From the NCBI GenBank assembly GCA_963700285.1, contig CAVOXA010000009.1, forward strand, positions 224,001-288,000: a stretch of 64,000 nucleotides of DNA, written 5' to 3'. A model generated the notes under the pieces. The model searched no databases. It saw nothing but the letters and a program-made list of their open reading frames with translations, and had not been told where the DNA came from. Both the position numbers and the translations under genes were made by a program. This DNA comes from an uncultured Chloroflexia bacterium (lineage in GTDB: Bacteria; Chloroflexota; Anaerolineae; JAAYZQ01). The first letter of the stretch is position 1, and each line of letters starts with the position of its first letter. Below are positions 28,581 to 37,020 of the stretch, piece after piece.

Positions 28581-29216
28581 TCAGTCAAAGACGACGACCT
28601 CTTTGCCGTGTAGCTTTTCCAGCACCCGGCTGGCGATCAGCTCCAGGTGCAAGTTCACGGCCACGAAATTGAGATCGTCCGTCGGGATCGTCAGGACAGG
28701 GCACAGCGAAAAGCCATCCACCCAGGCATCGTATAGCTCGTTAAGCTGGGTAAGGTACTCCGGGGCAATCTGTTGCTCATAGTCGCGCCCCCGCTGCCGG
28801 ATCCGCTCCTGCAGCACAGGCACCGAAGCCTGCAGATAGATGACCAGGTCGGGTGGGGGCAGGATGGTGATGACCGTCTGGTATAGGTCCCAGTAGCTTG
28901 CCCAGTCTCGTTCACTCATATGTCCTTGCAGATGCAAGTTTCGGGCAAAGATCTCGGCATCCTCGTATACGGTGCGGTCCTGGACGACCGTACCGGGCCG
29001 GTCGATGATCTGGCGGTGATGGCCCAATCGTCGCGACAGAAAATAGACCTGGGAGTGAAAGCTCCAGGTACACATATCCTTGTAGAAATCGGCCAGGTAG
29101 GGATTGTCGTCCACCGCTTCGTAGAAGGGTTCCCAGCAGAGGTACTCGCTCAGCTTGCCCGTCAGCGTGGACTTGCCCACCCCCACGTTGCCGGCCACGG
29201 CAATGAACTTTTTCAT
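28581..29216 (-). CDS. Deoxynucleoside kinase
   Basis: IAVAGNVGVGKST, EAVDDNPYL..FY, QDRTVYED, PDLVIYL, RGRDYE. Confidence 0.92.
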   Translation of the reverse strand: MKKFIAVAGNVGVGKSTLTGKLSEYLCWEPFYEAVDDNPYLADFYKDMCTWSFHSQVYFLSRRLGHHRQIIDRPGTVVQDRTVYEDAEIFARNLHLQGHMSERDWASYWDLYQTVITILPPPDLVIYLQASVPVLQERIRQRGRDYEQQIAPEYLTQLNELYDAWVDGFSLCPVLTIPTDDLNFVAVNLHLELIASRVLEKLHGKEVVVFD

Positions 29217-29288
29217 GCTCCTGTCTCTCCTCTCGGTCTCCGCTGGGGCTCGGTCGAGGACCTCGCCCAACCGACGCGCTGATGAACT

Positions 29289-29478
29289 TTGACAACTTGG
29301 TCGGGTCATTCCGTGACCTCGTCATTCTGAGCGCAGCGAAGAATCTCTTCTTCCCTTTTCAGGTGATTCCACTTGAGTAGGTGGAGATTCTTCGCCTCCA
29401 CTACGCTCCGGCTCAGAATGACGAGCCTATGGGAACCGCCTATTCAGCTCGGACCCCACTACCGATTTAGGTTGTCAA
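29289..29478. repeat. REP-like palindromic element inside imperfect terminal inverted repeats (MITE-like)
   Basis: CTCGTCATTCTGAGC-GCAGCGAAGAATCTC (29318-29347) pairs with GAGATTCTTCG...GCTCAGAATGACGAG (29384-29425); outer TTGACAACTTGGTCGG / CCGATTTAGGTTGTCAA. Confidence 0.6.
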
Positions 29479-29525
29479 CAAGCATAAGCGCGCATCACGA
29501 ACCAGACGATTGTCGGGGTTGGGGC

Positions 29526-31553
29526 CTAGTTGTCAGAGATGGCCGGGCTGGGTCGTCCGGCAGCGGTAAAGACCAGCTCGGTGCCCAGGTAGAGCTGGTC
29601 TCCCCACCCGGCTTTAACCAGTACGTCCCGGTCTTCCCTGGTCATCTGCACTTCCACCTGGGCGGCACCCACCTTCCGGGCCAACGCCTCGATCCAGGGT
29701 ACCATCTGTTCCTGGGCGAAGGCTATCGCCTCATCCAGGTCATAGAAATCATGGATCCCCTCCGGCAGGTGAAGGCGCAGCAGCTCGCCATCCTCCATGG
29801 GCGCAATGAGCACGCGCTGGCGCTGCACGACGCCACCGGCCACGGCACCGACGGCGTTGGCCACTTCGGCGTAGGGCGGAATGATCAGATCCGTGTTTAG
29901 CCGTTCAGCGACCCGAGGCATGTAGGCTTCCACCGGTGCGCCGATGGCCACGATGGGCTGGCGCAACGTCAGGGAAAAGCCCAGGTCGCTCCCGTGCCCA
30001 TCGTCCAGCGCCCGCTCCAGGAGCGCTGCCGCCGTGGGCTCTTGATCCCAATCCGGGAGACGGCACTCATCGCTCAGTACCTTGCTCACCAGGGCCGTCG
30101 CAGCCCGCCGTGACACGCCTTCCACCACATCGCGGCAAAAGTCATCCGGAGCACGGCGGCCATGAGCCGCCAGTACCCGGGCGCCCAGCCTTGCCGCCTC
30201 GGCATCCCACAGATCGAGGCGGCCCAAGGCATGCAGGGCATCCGTGGGCGTGAAACCAGCCTGCTGCACCAGTCGCTCGGTAACCAGGCGCTCAATGCGG
30301 CGCAGTACCAGAGCGCCATAGCGGGACTCTTGCACAAGCGCCGGCAGAGATGCAGGCCCCCGGGCCAGCCGTTTCAGGATGGCGGCTTCGTCGTCGTCCA
30401 ACGACCGTGTAGGGTGCCGGCGCGCCAGCAGGAACTGAACCGCGACATCGTCGCGCGGAGGCACCGTGGCCTGGCTGCGAAGCTCACTGACCACCTCGGG
30501 ATACTGGCTGGCCAGCAAGCTGAGTGGCACCACCCGGCGCGGACCGATGACAAGACGTCGGTCGGGCGTCACCCGCACATGGCTATCGCCGCCCAACCCC
30601 TCGGTGTAGACATCCACGGCCTCAACCATCGTCCGCCAGCGTCCCACTTGGGCGCCCTCGGGATTCACCTGGGGCCGGCCCTCCCGCAGCCCAGCGATGT
30701 CCGTGGTCGTTCCCCCCACGTCTATCGCCCACAACCGGCCATCCTGGAGATCGCCATTGGCATGCTGGGCCAGTTGCCAGGCGCCTACCGCGCTGGCTGC
30801 CGGTCCCGACAGAATGGTCTCGATGGGCCGCTGCATGGCCCACTCGGCGCGCACCAGGGAACCGTCGCCCTTGACAACCATCAATGGCGCCGCAACCGAT
30901 CGCTCCGATAGGGCCTGGCGCAGCGTATCGATCAGCTCCCGCAGCAAGGGCACGAGCCGGGCATTGAGGGCCACGGTCGTAGCCCGTCGCACAGAGTTCA
31001 GACGGGTGGTCAGGTCGTGGCCGCAGGTAACGGGCAACCCAGTCCGCCCTTCGATCAGCTCCCGGGCCCGCAGCTCGTGGGCCGGATTTCGCACGGCGAA
31101 ATAGCCCGACACGGCAAAAGCTTCAACCCGCTCCCGACGGGCCAGGACGGCCTGGAGCAAGGTGTCCTCGTCCAGGGGCGCGGCTTCATCGCCGTGGATG
31201 TCGTGTCCGCCCTGGATATAGACTACGTCGTCGGTGACCAGATCCTGCTCAAAGCCGTACTGCTGGATCAGATCGGGATCGTAACCGATGAGGATCAGGC
31301 ACACAGGACTGCCCTGCCCCTCCACGATGGCGTTGGTCGCCAGCGTGGTGGACAGGGCCGCCAGGCCCACGTCCCCTGGCGGAGGCGCCCCAGGGCGCGC
31401 AAAAACTGCGTCGACCGCCTCACCGATGCCGATGGACAGGTCCCGCCGCGTCGTCAGGGCCTTGGCCGAGCAGAGGACCTGGCCGCTGTTGTGATCAATC
31501 AGCACGGCGTCAGTATACGTGCCTCCTGTGTCGATGCCTAGTGCAATGGTCAT
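29526..31553 (-). CDS. Hydantoinase/oxoprolinase (HyuA-like) family protein
   Basis: LGIDTGGTYTD, STTLATNAIVEG, NARL, ETILSGPAAS, DVGGTTTD, GLGGDS, TPTD, VANAVGA. Confidence 0.9.
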   Translation of the reverse strand: MTIALGIDTGGTYTDAVLIDHNSGQVLCSAKALTTRRDLSIGIGEAVDAVFARPGAPPPGDVGLAALSTTLATNAIVEGQGSPVCLILIGYDPDLIQQYGFEQDLVTDDVVYIQGGHDIHGDEAAPLDEDTLLQAVLARRERVEAFAVSGYFAVRNPAHELRARELIEGRTGLPVTCGHDLTTRLNSVRRATTVALNARLVPLLRELIDTLRQALSERSVAAPLMVVKGDGSLVRAEWAMQRPIETILSGPAASAVGAWQLAQHANGDLQDGRLWAIDVGGTTTDIAGLREGRPQVNPEGAQVGRWRTMVEAVDVYTEGLGGDSHVRVTPDRRLVIGPRRVVPLSLLASQYPEVVSELRSQATVPPRDDVAVQFLLARRHPTRSLDDDEAAILKRLARGPASLPALVQESRYGALVLRRIERLVTERLVQQAGFTPTDALHALGRLDLWDAEAARLGARVLAAHGRRAPDDFCRDVVEGVSRRAATALVSKVLSDECRLPDWDQEPTAAALLERALDDGHGSDLGFSLTLRQPIVAIGAPVEAYMPRVAERLNTDLIIPPYAEVANAVGAVAGGVVQRQRVLIAPMEDGELLRLHLPEGIHDFYDLDEAIAFAQEQMVPWIEALARKVGAAQVEVQMTREDRDVLVKAGWGDQLYLGTELVFTAAGRPSPAISDN

Positions 31554-32251
31554 GAAGGATCCTCCCGTCGCCGCCAGCAGGTCTTTTGTAGGGCACAGTA
31601 TTTGCAGGCCGACCCCACCTTGTTCGTTTCATACTCTGGTCCCAGCCCAATGATGCCCGAGGCTGACTTGTGGGGTTCCAGAACGCAATGGGAGTTGAGT
31701 TCTACGCCAATGGACTCCAGGGGTAGCAGGCCGCACAGTTCCCGCTGGCCCCGCAGTGACCAGCCCACCAGTGACCCAGGGCTCAGAGAAGGACTCACGC
31801 CCCAGCCCATGTCCGCAGCCGTCTCCTCGGCCAGACAGCGGATCGCTTCGCCGACAGCGCCCAGCGCTACTACACCAGCATTGTCCAGCATGTACGCCTT
31901 CAGGGTCTGGCGCTCATTGTGAAGCTCGTGGACTCGCTGCCCCAAGGCCGGGCCAATGGTCGCCACAGTCACTAGAACTCGCTGGGCACCCTTCATAAGG
32001 CTAGCCTTGGAGCCGATGCGGAGCGTGGCGCCTTGTCCAGCCTGATCAGGGTACGAGACCGTCACACTCTGTCCATCGACTGCATCCACATCATACCATT
32101 CGTACACGGCCCTCGGCTCCCACAGTGTCTGTCCCAGGGCAATGGCCTCCTCGGCATCCTGGAGCAATTCTGGCCGGATCTGCCGTTGGCCCCGTGATTC
32201 GACGATCTCTTCAGCGGCTACAGAAACCGGTACGTCGGTCAAGATTGGCAT
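31550..32251 (-). CDS. Stand-alone B12-dependent methionine synthase activation-domain-like protein
   Basis: VATIG, LD..G...., SPG...W....QR.L...L....IGV.L...C.L.P.KS.SG.IGLG, C-terminal CKYC....C..R. Confidence 0.75.
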   Translation of the reverse strand: MPILTDVPVSVAAEEIVESRGQRQIRPELLQDAEEAIALGQTLWEPRAVYEWYDVDAVDGQSVTVSYPDQAGQGATLRIGSKASLMKGAQRVLVTVATIGPALGQRVHELHNERQTLKAYMLDNAGVVALGAVGEAIRCLAEETAADMGWGVSPSLSPGSLVGWSLRGQRELCGLLPLESIGVELNSHCVLEPHKSASGIIGLGPEYETNKVGSACKYCALQKTCWRRREDPS

Positions 32252-32426
32252 CGCATCTCCCATTCTAGTTCTCTTCCACTATTTGCCAGGCATTCGCGGC
32301 ATTGTACCACGCTTTTCCGCTCAGCAAAAATGTCAGGTTGGTCAAATCTGGACTACGGGTGTATAATACGGGGCCTCCCGCCCGGTTGGAGGAGCAGGAG
32401 TCTGGCAACTGGAAAGGGAACCCCTG

Positions 32427-33251
32427 GTGGAATCAAAACCCAAGGATCTGCAGCAACCCGCACCGCGCTGGCCCAAGCTAACGGTGGTAGTCGTAGTCCT
32501 GGCGGTCATGGTCATCCTGTTGGCCATCGTTCTTTCCCCTGCCTCGCTGCTGGGCAAAGCGGACCGGGTGGGCTATGCAGTCTGCCATCAGATCCCGGAG
32601 CGGTCCTTTGTCCTGGCCGGGCGCCCACTGCCCCTCTGCGCGCGCTGCACCGGAACCTTTCTTGGCGCCACCCTGGGGTTGGCAGTCATGCTTCTCCTGC
32701 GACGCGGGCGTGCCTCCCGCATGGCGCCTGCCTCAGTCCTGTTTGTCCTGATCCTTTTCATTGGCTTATGGGGTTTTGATGGCTTGAACTCCTACATGAC
32801 GCTCTTTCCAGGCGGACCGAACCTCTACGAGCCGCAGAACTGGCTGCGGTTGACCACCGGCCTGCTCAACGGCCTGGCGCTCATCATCTTTGTCTTTCCA
32901 ATATACAATTTTACGCTGTGGCGGGAGCCGACCGATGAACGGGTGATCAGGAGCATCTGGGAGTTGATGGCCATCCTACCCGTGGTCGCCCTGCTGGTTC
33001 TGGTCATCCAGGCAGAGATCGGTTTCTTGCTTTACCCCTTGGCCATCCTCAGCAGTCTGGGGGTCTTGATGCTGCTGGTACTCATCAACTCCATGCTGGC
33101 CGCCGTGATATTGGGGCGTGAGGGCTATGCCCTGACCTTTCGACAGGCCCTGGTTCCCCTCACGGTGGGGGCCGCCATGGCCATCCTGGAGATTACCGCC
33201 ATCGTTCTGTTCCGAGACTATTTGACAGCCAGGTTTGGACTGCCCTTCTGA
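32427..33251 (+). CDS. DUF2085 membrane protein
   Basis: GYAVCHQIPERSF, LPLCARCTG, DG, RLTTG. Confidence 0.85.
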   Translation: MESKPKDLQQPAPRWPKLTVVVVVLAVMVILLAIVLSPASLLGKADRVGYAVCHQIPERSFVLAGRPLPLCARCTGTFLGATLGLAVMLLLRRGRASRMAPASVLFVLILFIGLWGFDGLNSYMTLFPGGPNLYEPQNWLRLTTGLLNGLALIIFVFPIYNFTLWREPTDERVIRSIWELMAILPVVALLVLVIQAEIGFLLYPLAILSSLGVLMLLVLINSMLAAVILGREGYALTFRQALVPLTVGAAMAILEITAIVLFRDYLTARFGLPF

Positions 33252-34318
33252 TCTTCTTTCCCGGTTCCGTCCCGGGAGGCTGCGAGAACGGCTCGGAAGA
33301 GGCGCGCCGGACTCTCGCGGATCCAGACAAAAGCCAACAGTGTGTCGATCAGGGTAAAGACCAGCACAAAGGCCCGCCGGCCAATGACAAAGATGGTAAA
33401 CTGGTCCAGCGAAAGACCAGCCAGGCCCAAAACAGCCGCCCAGCCCCCTTCCAGGAACCCCAGGGAGCCAGGCGTAACGGAAAAGATCAGGGCCAGTTGG
33501 GTCACACTCACCCCCATGGCCAGCAAATACCAGGGGATGTCAAGCTTCAGGGCATTGGCGATAAAGATCAGCCGCGCGGAGAGCAGGCCATACAGCAGGA
33601 TGGTCAGGAGGAAGGCCTGAATGGCCACTCGATTGGGCAGGATCCTTCTGTTGGTCACCTGATCCAGTTGCTGGGGCAACCTATGGGCGAATCTGGGGCC
33701 GATGATCGGCACCCGGGCCAGGGGATGGGCCAGGCGAGAGCCGGTCCGGCCCACCAGGCGTAGGGTCGCACCATACCGCAGGCCAATCACTATTGCCCCG
33801 ACGATCACAGTACTGGCCATGAGGACAAAGGCTACAGTCAGGCTGATCCCATTTGCCAGGAAAAGGGCCACCGGCAAGACCAGCAGCAGGGCCAGAATCA
33901 GGTCAAAGAGTTTGTCCACGAACACGGACAGGGCCGATTGACGCAGCGAGACGCTGCGCGAGAGGCTGAGGGCCACGGGACGCCCGCCCAGCATGCCCAC
34001 CGTGATGGGCAGCACCTGGCCCGTTAGCATGCCGATCATCTGATAGGTAAAGTAGTAGCGGAACGGGCAGGGCTCAGAAAAGTCGATCACCTGGTTGGCA
34101 ATGAGGGACCAACGATAGGTGGCTACCAGATTCCATAGAAGTGTAACCACAAAGGCGGCGAACACGTAGCGCCAGTCCGCCCGAACAATCACTTGCCAGG
34201 CCTCAATCCCCCCCAGGTACAGGATCAAGCCAAAGACCAGCACACCGGACAGGTTGATCACCCAGGACAGGATCCGGTTACGTTTCTGGTTCTTGGTACG
34301 TCCAGGCTTCTCGCTCAA
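33218..34318 (-). CDS. Lysylphosphatidylglycerol-synthase-TM (UPF0104) flippase-like protein
   Basis: YRW, VLP, VFVDKLFD, TPGSLGFLEG motifs; multiple TM; TTG start inferred. Confidence 0.8.
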   Translation of the reverse strand: MSEKPGRTKNQKRNRILSWVINLSGVLVFGLILYLGGIEAWQVIVRADWRYVFAAFVVTLLWNLVATYRWSLIANQVIDFSEPCPFRYYFTYQMIGMLTGQVLPITVGMLGGRPVALSLSRSVSLRQSALSVFVDKLFDLILALLLVLPVALFLANGISLTVAFVLMASTVIVGAIVIGLRYGATLRLVGRTGSRLAHPLARVPIIGPRFAHRLPQQLDQVTNRRILPNRVAIQAFLLTILLYGLLSARLIFIANALKLDIPWYLLAMGVSVTQLALIFSVTPGSLGFLEGGWAAVLGLAGLSLDQFTIFVIGRRAFVLVFTLIDTLLAFVWIRESPARLFRAVLAASRDGTGKEDQKGSPNLAVK

Positions 34319-34522
34319 ATATCGCTTCCCTTCTGTTGTCAGGTAAACTGATGCAGTGTACCACAGAACCAACGATCGCGCACATTGCCATTCCGGGTTG
34401 AACATAAGGACAACCACAGTGCTGGAGTCCCACGACGCAATTGACCAGCCCGACAAAGAGTGCTAGAATTGCTCCCGTGCATATCCAGGGGAATTCGAAA
34501 AGAACGTTCTGCGAGAAGTGAC

Positions 34523-36163
34523 ATGCTCAACATCGAAGGGCAATTAGAGCAAAAGACAGCTCAGCTCGCGGCGTTGCGTGAAATAGGCCGCGCCATCAAC
34601 ACCGCCTGGGAACTGGAAACTACGCTGACCCTGATCACCCGCCGCACAGCCGATGTCATGGGCATGGACTCTTGCTCCATCTACCTGCTGAGTGATAAAG
34701 GCGAAGCGAGCGGTGAGATCCTGGTGCTCAAGGCCACCACCGGACTCGCGGCCAGTGCGGTTGGCAGGGTCTACCTGCGGCTGGGCGAGGGCCTAACGGG
34801 GTGGGCGGCACAGACCGGCCAGCCGGTTGCTGTGGCCGACGCAGCCCAGGATCCGCGTTTCCAATACCTTCCCGAGACGGAAGAAACTCGCTTCCAGTCC
34901 TTGCTGGCTGTGCCACTGGTAAACCAGGAGCGCGTGATAGGCTCCATGAACGTCCAGACGCGAGAATATCACGAATTCTCCTCCGACGAGGTGGAACTGC
35001 TCGGCCTCATTGCTGACCTGGCCGCCGGGGCGCTAGAGAAGGCAATGCTCTACGAGGGCATGCAGCGTCAGATCGGTGAACTCTCCGCCCTGGCCGAGGT
35101 GAGCGAGACGATCACCTCCCCCCGCTACCTGGACGAGATGCTGGAAGTTGTCGTCGAAATGGCCGCTCGCGTCATGAAGGCGCGTCTCTGCTCGCTGATG
35201 TTGCTAGATGAAGCCAGCGGCGAACTGATCCTGCGGGCGACTCAACCCTGGAGCATCGCCTACCGCGACAAGCCGCCCCTGCACGTCGGCGAGGGGGTCG
35301 TGGGACAAGTGGCCAAAGAAGGACAGCCAGTGGCTGTCCTCGACGTCCGCCAGGAACCCCGCTACCGCCATTCCGACATCGCCCGGCAAGAAGGGCTGTG
35401 TTCGCTACTCTGTGTCCCTCTTTCCGTCCGCGACCGGGTGATCGGCGTCATGAACTGCTATACGACCGCGCCCCACCGCTTTTCCAGCGAGGACATCTCG
35501 CTCTTTTCCACGCTGGCCAACCAGACCGCGCTGGCCATTGAAAACGCGCGCCTGGTGACCAACGCGGCCATCGTCCGCGAGATGCACCACCGCATCAAGA
35601 ACAACCTGCAGAACGTGGCCATGCTGCTCCGCCTGCAGATGAGCGCTGAGCGACCTATTTCGGCGCGAGAAGTGCTGAACGAGAGCATCAACCGTATCCT
35701 GAGCATCGCTGCCGTTCACGAGGTACTCTCTCATCGCGGCTTTCGGCTGGTAGACGTCAAGGAAGTACTGATGCGCGTGGGCCAGGCGGTGGTCCAGAAC
35801 ATGCGCCGGCCCGGCCTGGAGATCCATTTTTCTGTCGAGGGTGACGACGCCGCCCTTCCCTCTCAGGCCGCTACCTCGCTGGCCCTGGTCGTGAACGAGC
35901 TGGTTCAGAATGCCTTGGAGCACGCCTTTGTTGGCCGCTCTCAGGGTCAGGTTTCCGTTTCTCTGCAGCATTCAGGCAAAGACCTGGTCGTTGAGGTCCG
36001 GGACAATGGTATGGGCCTATCCGGCAGCCTGTCCAGTCACCTGGGATTAGAGATCGTCGAAACACTGGTTCGCGAAGACCTACATGGCGATTGGGCATTA
36101 GGTGAGGACAATGGCACCGTTGCCCGCGTGACTCTGCCCCTGGGAGAGGAATCCTCACGCTGA
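34523..36163 (+). CDS. Cytoplasmic double-GAF histidine kinase (HisKA_2, PdtaS/EutW-like)
   Basis: Two GAF domains (GEGLTGW, GEGVVG); EMHHRIKNNLQ H-box; NELVQNALEHAF; DNGMG; LGL.IV. Confidence 0.92.
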   Translation: MLNIEGQLEQKTAQLAALREIGRAINTAWELETTLTLITRRTADVMGMDSCSIYLLSDKGEASGEILVLKATTGLAASAVGRVYLRLGEGLTGWAAQTGQPVAVADAAQDPRFQYLPETEETRFQSLLAVPLVNQERVIGSMNVQTREYHEFSSDEVELLGLIADLAAGALEKAMLYEGMQRQIGELSALAEVSETITSPRYLDEMLEVVVEMAARVMKARLCSLMLLDEASGELILRATQPWSIAYRDKPPLHVGEGVVGQVAKEGQPVAVLDVRQEPRYRHSDIARQEGLCSLLCVPLSVRDRVIGVMNCYTTAPHRFSSEDISLFSTLANQTALAIENARLVTNAAIVREMHHRIKNNLQNVAMLLRLQMSAERPISAREVLNESINRILSIAAVHEVLSHRGFRLVDVKEVLMRVGQAVVQNMRRPGLEIHFSVEGDDAALPSQAATSLALVVNELVQNALEHAFVGRSQGQVSVSLQHSGKDLVVEVRDNGMGLSGSLSSHLGLEIVETLVREDLHGDWALGEDNGTVARVTLPLGEESSR

Positions 36164-36222
36164 TGGGCGAAGGTCTCCTCCCTGATGGGCAAAGGTCTCC
36201 TCCTTGACGGGCGAAGGTCTCC
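36161..36222 (+). repeat. 22-bp tandem repeat, about 2.8 copies, starting at the kinase stop codon
   Basis: TGATGGGCGAAGGTCTCCTCCC / TGATGGGCAAAGGTCTCCTCCT / TGACGGGCGAAGGTCTCC. Confidence 0.8.
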
Positions 36223-36291
36223 GGCCGAGCCCTTTTACCCACTGGGGTGAATCCTTGAACAATCCCACCATCACAAACACTTGGAGCGAAA

Positions 36292-36855
36292 ATGCGCGTA
36301 TTGATTGCCGATGACGAAGCCCTCATCCGCATGGGGCTGCGAGCCATGCTCCGAGATATGGGGCACGAGGTTGTGGGTGCCGCAGTCGACGGCCAAGACG
36401 CTCTGCGGCTTGCCTGCCAAACCTGCCCCAGCTTGGCCATTCTGGACATCAAGATGCCAGGCATGGATGGTCTGAACGTGGCAGCAGCCATTGCCCAGCG
36501 CTGCCCCTTGCCGGTCGTGATGCTGACCGCCTACAGCGAGCGCGATCTGGTCCAGAAAGCAGCAGAGACCGAAACGGTACAGGCTTACCTGGTCAAACCC
36601 ATTCGCGAAGAAGAGTTGGCCCCCGTCATCGAACTGGCTGTGGCCCGCTTTGCCGAGTGGCAGGCCCTACGGCTGGAAGCTGCCAGTCGTCAGGAGGCCC
36701 TGACAGCACGCGCCACCGTGGCTCAAGCCAAACAGATTCTCATGGATCGCGACGGGCTGACCGAGCGCCAGGCATTCCTGGAGATCCAGCACCGCGCCCG
36801 CCGCCAGCGCCAGACCATGCGCCAGGTAGCAGAGGTATTGCTGCGGGCGATTTGA
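36292..36855 (+). CDS. REC-ANTAR response regulator (PdtaR/EutV-like)
   Basis: IADDE, LDIKMP, LTAY, YLVKP; C-terminal V.QAK.ILM..DGLTE.QAF..IQ..AR.....MRQVA ANTAR domain. Confidence 0.92.
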   Translation: MRVLIADDEALIRMGLRAMLRDMGHEVVGAAVDGQDALRLACQTCPSLAILDIKMPGMDGLNVAAAIAQRCPLPVVMLTAYSERDLVQKAAETETVQAYLVKPIREEELAPVIELAVARFAEWQALRLEAASRQEALTARATVAQAKQILMDRDGLTERQAFLEIQHRARRQRQTMRQVAEVLLRAI

Positions 36856-36880
36856 CATTACCCCGATCCTGTGATATAGT
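36852..36880 (+). promoter_or_regulatory. Sigma70 promoter of the glutamate-synthase-like operon
   Basis: TTGACA (36852)-N17-TATAGT (36875) with TG extended -10. Confidence 0.75.
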
Positions 36881-36945
36881 CTTGCCAGAACGGTGAGCCG
36901 CGCCATGGCGTGGTTCACAAGAACAAGCAAAGCATTGGGGCCGTG

Positions 36946-36996
36946 AAGCCCTTGGTGCTGAACCAGCCTGGTTCAGCGCCAAGGGCTTTATTTTTT
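36946..36996 (+). terminator. Intrinsic terminator in the 5' leader (attenuator)
   Basis: 19-bp stem AAGCCCTTGGTGCTGAACC / GGTTCAGCGCCAAGGGCTT with 5-nt loop, then TATTTTTT; lies between the promoter and ATG 37021. Confidence 0.85.
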
Positions 36997-37020
36997 CAGC
37001 CACGATCCAGGAGAGAGTTG

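Noticed and set aside
36161-36222. 22-bp repeats as a mini-CRISPR or ANTAR hairpins
   Set aside because: There are no spacers, and the AAAGGT hexamer is not closed by a pairing stem.
36910-37020. GTG 36910 as the start of the glutamate-synthase-like gene
   Set aside because: This stretch is the structured leader containing the terminator; the RBS (AGGAGAG) precedes ATG 37021.
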